DNA of 64,000 nt from the human T2T-CHM13v2.0 reference genome, Homo sapiens (GCF_009914755.1 NC_060927.1), one strand, 5' to 3'; shown: positions 29,120-44,049, numbered from the stretch's first letter. The notes: a model not told the origin generated them from the sequence alone. Made by a program: numbers and translations.

Positions 29120-32100
29120 TTCCAGCTCCAGCATGGGCACAGGAGCCCATTACAGCCCATCTCTTCTGCTGCTTACAACTAAAACTTCTTAACAAAATAC
29201 ATAAAAAATACCTGAGCATGCTGAAAAATAAGGAAAATTTAGATGGATTAAGGGTGGCTGTCAACATTTGGAGAAGTGACTGATGAAATATGTTTCACTG
29301 TTTTCTTTTTTCTTTTATATAGCTTCACTCTATGAGTGAGTTCCCAGCACAGAGCTGTGAGATGGTAGCAGCAGCACAGGCAGCTAATAATTTAATTACA
29401 ACAAACAAATAAACAAACTTGGTTCGGCCAGAGAAACAATGGAAAAGAGACTTTGATGGCTAGAGAATGAGTGGAGGGTCCCATAGTGAAGAAAGTCAGA
29501 AGGGATGTATGGCTCTTAATTGTATGAACAAACCTGCCAATGTCTTCAGGCTCATTCTTGAGCTGTGCATGGACAGATCAGATGCAAACTAGCATTAAAA
29601 AGCTTAAATATTGGGACTGGAATTTGAATCAGCTTCCACAAAAGACAAGTCAGAATTTCCAGTCTGAATCTCATCAGATTGATTGTCTGCTAAAGGAAAA
29701 ACATCAACACTCCCCAGAATATAACGACCCAGAGTCTAAATATCATAACATTCAAAATGTTCAGGACACAATGAAAAATTACACAATATATTATGAAGCA
29801 CCAAAAAGTGACTGATTTAAAAGAGAAAAGACAATAAACAGATGCCAGCCCCTAAAAAAAAGCCAGATGTTAAAATTATTAAAGCTACTATTATATCTAT
29901 GCCCCATGACATAAACAAAAACACACAAAATAAATAGAAAAAAACAAGGGAAGATTTTAGACTGGAAAATGTAATCTCCGAAATTTGTCTTTAAATTGCT
30001 GATGAACTTAAGAATGAATAGAAAAAAGAGTCAGTGAACTTTAAGATCAATAAAATTATCCAATTTTAAAAGCAGAAAGTTAAAAAAAACAGAGCCTCAA
30101 AGACCAATGAGACAGTATTAAAACATCTAATATATGTATTTAGACTCTTAGGAGGAAAAACATTGTGGAAAAAAAATATTTGAAGAGACAGTGACCAAAA
30201 ACTTGCCAAATTTAGTGAAAGATATAAATTTAGAGATTTGAAGCTCTGTGATCCTAACTGGGATAAACCAAACAAAACAACACACAGACAAATCATAGTC
30301 AAACTGTTGTAAAGCATAAAATAAATATTAAAAATATTTTGAAGACAGCTATAGGAAAATAATATATTACATACAGGAAAACAATTATTTACGTGGCTAT
30401 GGATTTCTTATTAGAAAACATGGCGGCAAGATCACAGCAGAATATCTTCGAAATGCTGAAAGAAAGAACCTTCAATTTAGAAACCTATATCCAGTGAAAA
30501 CGGCTTTCAGTAATGAAGTAAAAGATAATCTCAGATGAAAAAAAAAAAAAACCAAGGGAATTTGTTACCACCAGAGCTACTATAATTAAAATGCTAAAGA
30601 AAGTTCTTTAGGCTGAAAAGAAGTACTATCCAAGGGAAACTTCGGTCTTCAGGAATAAAGGAAAAGCAATGTAAATGACAAATATCTGGGTAAACATAAA
30701 AATATAAAACATATGAAACATATATAACTGTTGAAAATAAAAATTATGACATTATCTGATAGGGGTTTCAATGCATATGATAATAATAACAAAGATCAAG
30801 TTTGGATGGGTAAGTGAACCTATATGATTGTAATGTATCTACCTTTTACTTGAAGTTGTACAATACTAACTGTAAGTAGACCCTGAAGTGTTAGATACAT
30901 ACACAGTATCCCTTTAAAATACACATAGAACTAAAACAGAGATATAGACCAATGGAACAGAAAAGAGCCCTCAGAAATAATGCCGCATATCTACAACTAT
31001 CTGATCTTTGACAAACCTGACAAAAACAAGAAATGGGGAAAGGATTCCCTATTTAATAAATGGTGCTGGGAAAACTGGCTAGCCGTAGGTAGAAAGCTGA
31101 AACTGAATGCCTTCCTTACACCTTATACAAAAATTAATTCAAGATGGATTAAAGACTTACATGTTAGACCTAAAACCATAAAAACCCTAGAAGAAAACCT
31201 AGGCAATACCATTCAGGACATAGGCATGGGCAAGGACCAAAAGCAATGGCAACAAAAGCCAAAATTGACAAATGGGATCTAATTAAACTAAAGAGCTTCT
31301 GCACAGCAAAACAAACTACCATCAGAGTGAACAGGCAACCTACAGAATGGGAGAAAATGTTTGCAACCAGTCATCTGACAAAGGGCTAATATCCAGAATC
31401 TACAATGAACTCAAACAAATTTACAAGAAAAAAACAAACAACCCCATCAAAAAGTAGGCAAAAGATATGAACAGACACTTCTCAAAAGAAGACATTTATG
31501 CTGCCAAAAGACACATGAAAAAATGCTCATCATCACTGGCCATCAGAGAAATGCAAATCAAAACCACAATGAGATAACATCTCACACCAGTTAGAATGGC
31601 AATCATTAAAAAGTCAGGAAACAACAGGTGCTGGAGAGGATGTGGAGAAATAGGAACACTTTTACACTGTTGGTAGGACTGTAAACTAGTTCAACCATTG
31701 TGGAAGGCAGTGTGGCGGTTCCTCAGGGATCTAGAACTAGAAATTCCATTTTACCCAGCCATCCCATTACTGGGTATGTACCCAAAGGATTATAAATCAT
31801 GCTGCTATAAAGACACATGCACATATATGTTTATTGTGGCACTATTCACAATAGCAAAGACTTGGAACCAACCCAAATGTCCATCAATGATAGACTGGAT
31901 TAAGAAAATGTGGCACATATACACCATGGAATACTATGCAGCCATAAAAAAGGATGAGTTCATGTCCTTTGTAGGGACATGGATGAAGCTGGAAACCATC
32001 ATTCTCAGCAAACTATTGCAAGGACAAAAAACCAAACACTGCATGTTCTCACTCATAGATGGGAATTGAACAATGAGAACACTTGGACACAGGAAGGGGA

Positions 32101-35100
32101 ACATCACACACTGGGGCCTGTTGTGGGGTGGGGGGAGCAGGGAGGGAAAGCATTAGGAGATCTACCTAATGCTAAATGACGATTTAATGGGTGCAGCACA
32201 CCAACATGGCACATGTATACATATGTAACAAACCTGCACATTGTGCACATGTACCCTAAAACTTAAAGTATGATAATAATAAAAATTAAACAAATAAAAT
32301 AAAATACACATAGAGGAGCCAAAAATGTAAAAATAAAATATAATACTAAAAATTATTCAAATAATCTCAATAAAGGTAAGAATGAGACAGAAGAACAAGA
32401 ATCAATAGTAAAAGGAAAAAATAATAAAATAGTTCTAAATCCAACCACAATCATTTGATGAAATATAAGTTATGTAAGAACACCAATTAAAAAGCAGAAG
32501 TTATCAAATTGGATAAATAATGAATACCTAACTATGTACTGTCTACAAGAAATCAACTTTAAATAAGAAAATATAAATGGATTCAAAATAAAATATGAAA
32601 AAGGATATAGAATGCCCATACTAATCAAAAGGAAACTGGAGTGTCTTTTTAAAGATGAATTATGTGCTGTTTGGTTTTTCTGTCAGTGAATGTAACTGTT
32701 TAATAGAGGGAGAAATCTGTAAGCAAGTGTTGAGAACATTCTATTGAAAAATATCTTTTAGCTTTGTACATAGGGCTTATTGGGATGGGTTTACATGTAC
32801 ATGTTCAAAAGGTAAATCAAAGTACACTTCTTTAATGGTGCATTTTGTGCTGCTTTGCTTCAGTTAATGGAACTGTCTAAAAAACAGAGAACCCTACAAT
32901 CCAATAATATAAAAATCCAGCTGTATAAAAACGTCAGACAAAATAAACTTCAGACCCCAAATAGACTTCAAAACAAGCAATATAATGAGGGATTAAAAAT
33001 AATTAAACAAGAATAATTAAAAGACTAAATCTGTAAGCACTTTGGAAAATTTCAAAATATTGAATCAGAAACTGACAGAAGTAAAAGGTGAAATAGATCA
33101 GTCTATAATAATAGTTGGAGATTTCAACATTCTTCTCTCAGCAATCAATATAACTTGTAGACAGAAAATCAGTAAGGATAATAGAGGACTTGGGCAACAT
33201 TAGCAACCAACTTAATTAGTATTTACGTAACATTCTACCCAAAAAATGCAGAATATACATTCTTTTCCAGTGTATATGAAGCAATAACCAAGATAGACAA
33301 AATTCTAGACCAGAATACAAACTATAACAAATATAAAAGAATTAAAATAAGACAAAGTATGCCTTCTAATCCTAACAGAATTAAAGTAGGAATCAACCAC
33401 ACAAATATATCAGGAAAATCCCAAATGTTTGGAAATTATATAATTCTAAATAACACATGGTATAAACTGGAATTCACATGGAAAATCAGAATATTTTTAA
33501 TTGAAAGAAAATAAAAATACAACATATTAAATTTGTAGGGTATAGCTTTACAAAGTGCTTACATGAAAATTTAATTTTAAATTAATTATCAAACCAATAA
33601 TTTAAATTCCCACCTTAGCAAACTAGCAGAAGGAGAGCAAATTAAACCCAGAGTAAACGGAAAAAAGAAATCATACAGATAAGAGTAAAATGCATAAAAT
33701 TGAAAACAGAAAATCAATAGAATAAATCAATGAAAGCAAAATCTGCTTCTTTGGAAGGATAAATAAAATTTAATAGTCCTGTAAACATACTTACCAAGAA
33801 AAAATAAAAGAATTTAAGAGGATACATCACTACTGACCATACAAAAAGTAAAAAGTACTAACCCTACAGACAGTAAAATGATAATAATGCAATATTACAA
33901 AATACTTTATGTCCATTAATTTAAAATTGGAAGTGAATAACCTGAATATTCCTAAATATTTTAAAGAAATTGAATTCATAGTTAAAACCATTCTAAAAAA
34001 TTCCTTCTGTAAATTCTACCATATGTTGGAAAAAAGTACCAATTCTATACAAATCCCTCCTAAAAGTAGAAACAAACAATTCTCACCTCCTTTTTATAAT
34101 ACTCTGATCATCTTGGTACCAAATCTTGACAAGGTAATTATAAAATAACAGAAAAAACTTACAGATGTTGTAAATCAAATCCAGCAATATGAAAAAAATC
34201 AACTGGTATTTATCTCATGAATGCAAGGCTTTTAAAATATTTTAAAAGCAGTAAGAATGAATTAAGTCTTTAAAAAGAAAGCCTGACAGTATTCAGTGCT
34301 GGTAGGAAGGCAAACTAACCAGAACTTGCTTACATTACTGAAAAGAATACAAGATGGTACTACTATTTTGGAAAATAGTTTCACAGTTTCTTATAAAGTT
34401 ACATATACTCTTGTGTAACCCAGCAAATCTATTTCTTAGTACTCAAAAGATATAAAAAGTTATGTTCACATAAAAAATGTAGAATTTTGTAGCAACTTTA
34501 TTAATAATCTATGAAAACTGAATACAATTCAAACGTCCACCAACTTGTGAATACATAAGCTAACTATGATTCATTCATACAAAAGAATACCAGTTAGCAA
34601 TAAAAAAAAACTACTTATACATGGAGCAATATGAATGAATACCAGATACATTATTCCAACTGATAAAAGCCAATTTTTAAAAAACATATTGCATGGTTCC
34701 ATTTGTATAAAATTCTTAAAAAGTCAATATTGCAGGAATAGAAAATAGATCAGTGGTTGACAAAGTCCAGGGTGAGGGCAGGAGTTGATTACAAAGAGAT
34801 TTAAAGGAATTGGGGAGATAGGTGGGCAGTGGAACTGTTCATTTTGATTATGGCAGTTGCTGTAAATTTTTGTGAAAACTCATAGAAATATACTCCAAAA
34901 AGAATGGATTATTATGTGTAAATTATAGCTAAATTTAAAAAAATATATAGTAAATGAGTTATAATGAGTGGGTTTATATTTGAATGTGCTCTTATCAGAA
35001 AAAGACAGTCATAAAATCAAGTATTAGAATTTAAGTGTTGCTCACGACAGGAGTTTTAACCAATGAACTTTGACTATTCTTGACACAAAGTATTCAAATT

Positions 35101-35800
35101 TTCTACCTTGGTCATTCAACTCTGGTATGAGGCCAGGCATGACTCTGTGATGCTGTTGTCAGCTTATGACTTTTTTCTGCAATATTTATTTCATTTTCTG
35201 GACAAAACAAAATAGGTGACTAGAAGGAGATAAAAAATAAAAGAAGAAGCAAAGTAAAGGAGAAAAAGGGAAAGAAGTGAATACTATGTATAACTTTATA
35301 CAAATAAATTTGACAGCTCTGATGAAATGGGCATATTTCTTGAAAATTACAAATTATTACAACAAGAGAACCCAAAAAATAAAGATTTTGTATTCACTGA
35401 AGAAACTGAACTTTTTACTGAAAACATTTCTCTCTACCATTCTCATACACATGCAAACCAAAAACCAACTTCCAGGCCCAAATGGAATAGAGAAGCGTTT
35501 GGCATAACCTCATCGCCAAAACCTGACAGACTTCACTAATAAAGTAATATGAAGATAAGCATCCCTCATAAACATGCACACAAAAAATTTTTAACAAAAT
35601 AGTAGTATACATTGAACCCAACAAGGTATAAAACTTATTACACATTATGACCAAGTAGGGTTTGCCCCAGGAATGCAAGGTTGGTTTAACAAATGAAAAT
35701 CAAGTAATGTAATTCACCATGGTAATATAATAAAAGAGAAAAACTGATCTTTTAATGGATGTAGGAAAGAGGTTTGAAGAAATTCAATATCCATAATTAA
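29120..35800 (+). mobile_element. Fragmented ancient L1M element(s): 5'/ORF1 part, ORF2 endonuclease and RT pieces, and a 3' end at ~34285-34945
   Basis: Degenerate ORF1 (CTATATCCAGTGAAAA), EN (ATAGTTGGAGATTTCAACA = IVGDFN) and RT (ATGACCAAGTAGGGTTTGCCCCAGGAATGCAAGGTTGGTTTAAC); interrupted by L1PA4 and other inserts; probably more than one element. Confidence 0.75.
30930..32300 (+). mobile_element. 5'-truncated L1PA4-like LINE-1 (~1.4 kb) nested in the old L1M
   Basis: ORF2 C-terminus, 3' UTR and tail; perfect 14-bp TSD AAAATACACATAGA at 30916-30929 and 32301-32314 at a TTT/AAAA endonuclease site. Confidence 0.95.
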
Positions 35801-36959
35801 AGCAGCAGGCATAAAATATGATAAGATGCTGTTCTGAAAATACACAAAGAACCATAAAAATATATGTTCCTATTATTACTGAGTATAGGCTGAGTATGTT
35901 GAGTAGGAATCCTTTAGTCAATATCAACCTTTAGCTGGAGCAGAATTTTCACTGGTTCTGTGGAAATTTGAATTTAATTTGAGGAAATTTGTCTTTGTGT
36001 GTTTGTTAGTTTTTTATAGATAGATAATGACAGAGAACAGACACTGTGCTTGAAGAAAAACATTCTAGCAGCAAAGATATCATTTAATACCCAAATTACC
36101 TAAGATTATTCTCTCTCAAGAAAAAAAAACATTAGTAATAACTACTTCATGGGAAATAAATATACCACGAATATGGAAAATTATTTTGTCTTAAACTGTT
36201 TTGGCCTATTTAACCAAACCAGGAAAATACAAGAAAAATAAAACATTTTTTTCTACGAAATAGACAAAGATTTTTAAATGTCAATAACAGCACTGGTAAA
36301 GGTATAGAGACAATTTTTCTCTTGCACAGTGACAATGAGAGTGCAAATTAGCAAAACCTCCCTGGGTTGGGGAGAGATTGGCAAAATATAGTCATAGCTT
36401 TAAATATTAATTGTATGTCCTCTGTTGCAGAAATTCTATTTTTAGACATTTATCCCAATGATCAGCAATATGTCCTTTTATTTAAAATGTACTTGTGTTG
36501 TTTATTTAATGTGAAAAACTAGAAATGTTTTGAGTAGGTCAAAGAATGGCATTATTGCAGGGGAGGGGCCAAGAGGGCAGAATTAAAACAGCTCCAATCT
36601 GCAGCTCCCAACGAGACCAATGCAGAAGGCAAATGACTTCTGCATTTCCAACTGAGGTACTCAGTTCATCTCACTGAGACTGGTTAGGCAGTGGGTCCAA
36701 TGCATGGAGGGTGAACAGAAGCAGGGTGGGGCATTGCCTCACCCAGGAAGTGCAAGGAGCAGGAGACCTCCCTCCCCCAGCCAAGAGAAGCCATGAGGTA
36801 CTGTGCTATCTGGCTGGTTTACTACACTTTTCCCACAGTTGTTGCAATCTGCAGATCAGGAGATTCCCTTGTGTGCCTACACCACAAGGGCCCTGGGTTT
36901 TAAGCACCACACTGGGAGCCTGTTTGGGCAGCCACCAAGCTAGCTACAGGAATTTTTTT

Positions 36960-37178
36960 TCATACCCCAGTGGCACCTGGAACCGCAGTGAGACAGAACC
37001 ATTCACTCCCTTGGAAAGGGGGCTGAAGCCAGGAAGCCAAGTAATCTGGCTCAGCAGGTCCCACTCCCGTGGAGCCCAGCAAGCTAAGAACAACTGGCTT
37101 GAAATTCTCACTGCCAGCACAGCAGTCTGAAGTTGACCTGGGATGATTGAGCTTGGTGGAGGGAGGGGTGTCTGCCAT
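36960..37178 (-). other. L1 ORF0-like antisense ORF (72 codons, open)
   Basis: MADTPP...SDCCA...GVGPAEP aligns with the N-terminal half of primate L1 ORF0 (recalled as MAGAPPP...SDCCA...GVGPSEP); antisense in the 5' UTR; context GTAATGG. Confidence 0.7.
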
Positions 37179-38036
37179 TACTGAGGCTTTAATAGGGGCA
37201 TTTCCCCAACAGTGCTAAGGAGACTGGGAGGTCTGGGCTGAGCATGGCAAGGCGGCTGTGGCCAGACTGCTTCTCTAGATTTCCCCTCTCTAGGCAGGCC
37301 ATCTCTGAAGGAAAGGTAACAGCCCCAGACAGGGGCATACAGACAAAACCCCCATCTCCCTGGGACAGAGCATCAGGGGAAGGGGTGGATGTTTACACAG
37401 CTTCAGTGGATTCTCATTCCTGCCTTCCAGCTCTGAGAGATCCTGACAAGAGCGATTCAACCAGCACAGCCACCAGCTCTGCTAAGGGACAGACTGCCTC
37501 CTCAAGTGGGTCACTGACCCCTGTGGCTCCTGAATGGAAGAGACCTCCCAACAGGGGTCAACAGACACCTCATACAGGAGAGCTCCAGCTGGCATCAGGA
37601 AGGAGGAAGCCGCAATCCTTGCTGTGCTGCAGCCTCTGCTTGTGATACCCAGTCGAACAGGGTCTAGACTGGACCTCCAGCCAACTGCAGCAGATGTGCA
37701 GGAGAGAGGCCTGACTGTTAGAAGAAAAACTAACAAACAGAAAGCAACAATATCAACGTCAACATAGAGGACTCCCACACAAAAACCCCATCCAAAGGTC
37801 AATCAGCCTCAAAGATCAAAGGTAGATAAATTCACAAAGATGAGGAAAAAACAGCACAAAAAGCTAAAAATTCTAAAACCCAGAATGCCTCTTCTCCTTC
37901 AATTGATTGCAACTCCTCTCCAGCAAGGGTACAAAATTGGATAGAAGGTGGGTAATAACAAACTCCTCTGAGCTAAAGGAATATAGGAATATATTCTAAC
38001 CCAATGCAAGGAAGCTCAGAACCTTGATAAAAAGGG

Positions 38037-38360
<324 letters not shown>

Positions 38361-41300
38361 CTAACTAGAATAACCAGTTTAGAAAGGAACATAAATGACC
38401 TGATGGAGCTGAAAAACACAACACAAGAATTTCATGAACCATACACAAGTATCAATAGCTGAATCAATCAAGCAGAAGAAAGGATATCAGAGATTGAAGA
38501 TCAACTTAATGAAATAAGGCATGAAGACAAGTTTAGAGAAAAAAAGAATGAAAAGGAATGGACAAAGCCTCCAAGATATGTGGGACTATGTGAAAAGACT
38601 AAACCTACAATTGATTGGTGTGCCTGAACGTGATGGGGGGAATGGAACCAAGTTGGAAGAAACATTTCAGGATATTATCCAGGAGAACTTCCCCAACCTA
38701 GCAAACCAGGCCAACATTCAAATTCATGAAATAAAGAGAACCCACTAAGATACTCCTTAAGAACAAGAATCCCAAGACACATAATTTTCAGACTCACCAA
38801 GGTTGAAATGAAGGAAAAATTGTTAAGGGCAGCCAGAGAGAAAGGGCAGGTTACCTACAAAGGGAAGTCCATCAGACTAACAGTGGATCTCTCTGCAGAA
38901 ACCCTACAAGCCAGAAGAGAGTGGGGGCCAATATTCAACATTCTTAAAGAAAGGAAATTTCAACCCAGAATTTCATATCCAGCCAAACTAAGCTTTATAA
39001 GTGAAGGAGAAATAATATCCTTTACAGATAATCAAATGCTGAGGGATTCTGTCACCACCAGGCCTGCCTTACAAGAGCTCCTGAAGGACGCACTAAATAT
39101 AGAAAGAAAAAACCAGTACCAGCCACTACAAAAACACACCAAAATATAAAGACCAATGACACTACGAAGAAACTGCATCAAATAATGTGCAAAATAACCA
39201 GTTAGCATCCTGATGACAGAATCAAATTCACACATAACTGTATTAACCTTAAAGGTACATGGGCTAAATCCCTCAATTAAAGGACACAGACTGCCAAATT
39301 GGATAAAGAGTCAAGACCCATCAGTGTGCTGTATTCAGGAGACCCGTCTCACATGCAAAGACACACATAGGCTCAAAATAAAGGGATGGAGGAATATTTA
39401 CCAAGCAAATGAAAAGCAACAAAAAAAAATCAGGGTTTGCAGTGCTAGTCTCTGATAAAACAGATTTTAAACCAACAAAGATCAAAAAGGAGAAAGAATG
39501 GCATCCCATAATGGTAAAGGGATGAATGCAACAAGAAGAACCAATTATCCTAAATATATATGCACCTAACACAGGAGCACCCAGATTCATAAAACAAGTT
39601 CTTAGTGACCTACAATGAAACTTAGACTCCCACACAATAATAGTGGAAGACTTTAACACCCCACTGTCAATATTAGATCAACGAAACAGAAAATTAATGA
39701 GGATATTTAGGACTTGAATTCAGCTCTGGACCAAAAGGACGTAATATACATCTGCAGAACTCTCCACCCCAAATTAACAGCCTATACATTCTTCATAGCA
39801 CCACATCACACTTATTCTAAAATTGACCACATAATTGGAAGTAAAACACTCCTCAGCAAACGCAAAAGAACGGAAATCATAACAAACAGTCTCTCAGACC
39901 ACAATGCAATCAAATTAGAACTCAGGATTAAGAAACTCACTCAAAACCACAAAACCACATGAAAACTGAACAATGTGCTCCTGAATGACTACTGGGTAAA
40001 TAATGAAATTAAAGCAGAAATAAAGAAGTTCTTTGAAACTAATGAGAAAAAAGACACAACGTACCAGAATCTCTGGCACACATTTAAAGCAGTGTGTAGA
40101 GGGAAATTTATAGCACTACATGCCCACAACAGAAAGCAGGAAAAATCTAAAATTGACGCCCTAACATCACAATTAAAAAAAACTAGAGAAGCAAGAGCAA
40201 ACAAATTCAAAAGCTAGCAGACAACAAGAAATAATGAAGAGCAGAACAGAAATGAAGGAGGTATAGACACAAAACACCCTTCAAAAAATCAATGAATCCA
40301 GGAGCTTGGTTTTTGAAAAGATTAACAAAATAGATGAAAAACTAGCTAGACTAATAAAAAAGAAAAGAGAGATGAATCAAATACACACTATAAAAAATAA
40401 TAGGGGGATATCACCACTGATCCCACAGAAATACAAACTATCATCAGAGAATACTACAGACACCTCTACACAAATAAACTAGAAAATCTAGAAGAACTGG
40501 ATAAATTCCGGGACACATATACCCTCCTAGATTAAAATAGGATGAAGTCAAGTCCCTGAAGAGACCGATATCAACTTCAGAAATGGATGCAATAATTAAT
40601 AGCCGACCAACCACAAAAAGTGCAGGACCAGACAGATTCACAGCCAAATTCTACCAGAGGTACAAAGAGGAGTGGGTACCATTCCTTCTAAAATTACTCC
40701 AAACAATAGAAAAAGAGTGACTCCTCCATAACTCATTTTATGAGACCAGCATCATCCTGATACCAAAACCTTGCAGAGATACAATAAAAAAAGAAAATTT
40801 CAGACCAATATCCCTGATGAACTTTAATGTGAATATCCTCAATAAAATACTCAGAAACCAAATCCAGCAGCACATCAAAAAGCTTATCCACCACGATCAA
40901 GTTGGATTCATCCCTGGGGTGCAAGGCTGCTTCAAATGTAACACATCACATAAACAGAACCAACAACAAAAACCATATGATTAGCTCAACAGATGCAGAA
41001 AAGGCCTTCAATAAAATTAAACATCACTTCATGCTAAAAACTGTCTATAAACTAAGTATTGATGGAACATATCTCAAAATAATAAGAGCTATTTATGACA
41101 AACCCATAGCCAATATCATACAGAATGGGCAAAAACTGGAAGCATTCCCTTGGAAAACTGGCACAAGACAAGGATGCCCTCTCTCACCACTCCTATTCAA
41201 CACAGTACTGGAAGTTCTGGCCAGGGCAACCAGGCAAGAGAAAAAAATAAAGACTATTGGAATAGAAAGAGAGGAAATCAAATTGTCTCTGTTTGCAGAT

Positions 41301-43224
41301 GACATGAATGTATATTTAGAAAACCCCATTGTCTTAGCCCAAAATCTCCTAAAGCTGATAAGGAACTTCAGCAAAGTCTCAGGATACAAAATCAATGTGC
41401 AAAAATCATAAGCATTCCTATACACCAACAATAGACAAGCAGAGAGCCAAATCATGAGTGAACTCCCATTCACAATTGCTACAAAGAGAATAAAATACCT
41501 AGGAATACAACTTACAGGGGATGTGAAGGAACTCTTCAAGGAGAACTACAAACCACTACTCAAGGAAATAAGAGAGGATGCAAACAAATGGAAAAACATT
41601 CCATGCTCATGGATAGGAAGAATCAATATTGTGAAAATGGCCATACTAACCAAAGTAATTTATAGATTCAATGCTATTCCCATCAAGCTCCCATTAACTT
41701 TCTTTACAGAATTAGAAAAACTACTTTAAATTTCATATAGAACCAAAAAAGAGTCCGTATAGCCAAGACATCCTAAGCAACAGAACAAAGCTGGAGACAT
41801 CACACTACCTGACTTCAAACTATACTACAAGTCTACAGTAACCAAAACAGCATGGTACTGGTACCAAAACAGATATATAGACCAATGGAACAGGACAGAG
41901 GCCTCAGAAATAACACCACACCTCTACAACCATCTGATCTTTGACAAATCTGACAGAAACAAGCAATGGGAAAAGGATTCCCTATTTAATAAATGGCGTT
42001 GGATAAACTGGCTAGCCAATGCAGAAAGCAGAAACTGGACCCCTTCCTTACACCTTATACAAAAATTAACTCAAGATAGATTAAAGATTTAAATGTAAAA
42101 CCCAGAACAATAAAAACCCCAGAAGAAAACGTAGGCAATACCATTCAGGACATAGGCATGGGCAAAGACTTCATGACTAAAACACCAAAAGTAATTTTAA
42201 GAAAAGCCAAAATTGACAAATGAGATCTAATCAAACTATAGAGCTTCTGCACATCAAAAGAAACTATCATCACAGTGAACAAGCAACCTACAGAATGGGA
42301 GAAAATTTTTGCAAGCTACCCAACTGGCAAAGGTCTCATATTCAGAATCTATAAGGAACTTAAAGTTACAAACAAACAAAAACCCATCCAAAAGTGGGCG
42401 AAGGATAAAAACAGACACTTTTCAAAGAAGACATTTATGCAGCCAACAAACACATGGAAAAAAGCTCATTGTCACTGGTCATTAGAGAAATGCAAATCAA
42501 AACTACAATGAGATACCATTTCATTCCAGTTAGAATGGTGGTCATTAGAAAGTCAGGAAACAACAGATGGTGACAAGGCAGTGGAGAAATAGGAACGCTT
42601 TTACACTGTTGGTGGGAGTGTAAATTAGTCCAACCATTGTGGAAGACAGTGTGGCGATCCTCAAGGATCTAGAATCAGAAATACCATTTGACCCAGCAAT
42701 CCCATTACTGGGTATATACCCAAAGAATTATAAATCATTCTGCTGTAAAGACATGCACACGCATGTTTTTTTGCAGCACTATTCACAATAGCAAAGACTT
42801 GGAACCAACCCAAATGCCCATCAATGATAAACTGGATAAGAAAAATGTGGCCCATATACACCATGGAATACTATGTAGCCATAAGAAAGAATGAGTTCAT
42901 GTCCTTTGCAGGGACATGGATGAAGCTGGAAGCCATCATTCTCAGCAAACTATCACAGGAACAGGAAACCAAACATTGCATGTTCTGACTCATAAGTGGC
43001 AGTTGAACAATGAGAACACATGGACACAGGGAGGGGAATATCACACACCAGGGCCTGTTGGGATGTGGGAGAGAAGAAGAGGGAGAGCATTAGGACAAAT
43101 ACTGAATGCATGAGCAGCTTAAAACATAGAAGACAGGTTGATAGGTGCAGCAAACTACCATGGCATATGTATACCTGTGTAACAAACCTGCAAGTTCTGC
43201 ACTTGTATCCCAGGACTTAAAGTG

Positions 43225-43356
43225 AAAGAAAGAGAGAAAGAGAGACAAAGAGAAGAAAGGATGGATGGAAGGAAGGAAGGAAGGAAGGGAGGAGGAAGGA
43301 AGGGAGGAAGGGAGGAAGGGAGGAAGGGAGGAAGGGAGGGAGGGAGGGAGGGAGGG
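43225..43356. repeat. Compound GA/GGAT/GGAA/GGGA microsatellite occupying the L1PA8 tail
   Basis: Lies between the L1 3' end (CTTAAAGT) and the 3' TSD. Confidence 0.9.
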
Positions 43357-43521
43357 AAAGAAAGGCATTGTTCAAATGTTGTATAGTATATCCATTAATG
43401 GATCTCATTCATCTTTAATAGTCTTGTTCTAGGAAAATATTTAATGATATCAGAAAACTCTGAAGATTTACTGTTAAGCATGGGAAAAATACGTTACAAA
43501 GTTTGATGTGTACTATTTTCC

Positions 43522-44026
43522 TGTGGTAGGCAAAATAATGTCCCTCCTACCTCCTCTAAAAGATATCCATAACTCATCCCCAAAACCTGTAAATATAGAT
43601 GATATGGCAGTAGAGGCTTTGAAGATGAAATTAAGGGTAAGGACACTAAGATGAAAAAATTATATTTTTATTCAAGTGGCCCAATCTAATCATGTGAGTT
43701 TTTTTAAAAAGAACCCTTTCCTGATTATGGTCAAAAAGAGATGTGAACACAGAAGAGGATCAGAGAGATGCTACTTTACTGGCTTTGAAGATTAGGAAAG
43801 TGAAACCCGGATCAATGAATGCAGACAGCATCTGAAAGCTGGAAAAGCAAAGAAATAAGATTGCCCCCTAGAATCACCAGAAAGGCAGCCCTGCTGAAGC
43901 CTTGATTTTAGCCCAGGGATCTCTATGTCAGACTTCTGAACTGCGGAACAACCATAAGAAAATAAATTTATGTTAAGCCACTGTGCTTATGATAATTTGT
44001 TACATCAGCAATGAAAACCAAATACA
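43522..44026 (+). mobile_element. MLT1D-like MaLR solo LTR
   Basis: TGTGGTAGGCAAAATAATG...GGCTTTGAAGAT...CCTTGATTTTAGCCCAG...AATTTGTTACATCAGCAATGAAAACCAAATACA. Confidence 0.88.
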
Positions 44027-44049
44027 GAGTCCTATTTTGTTCAATAATC

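Noticed and set aside
36711-37802. Several 100-140 aa ORFs in GC-richer sequence (also 53056-53928)
   Set aside because: Chance frames in L1 5' UTRs; only the ORF0-homologous frames have independent support.
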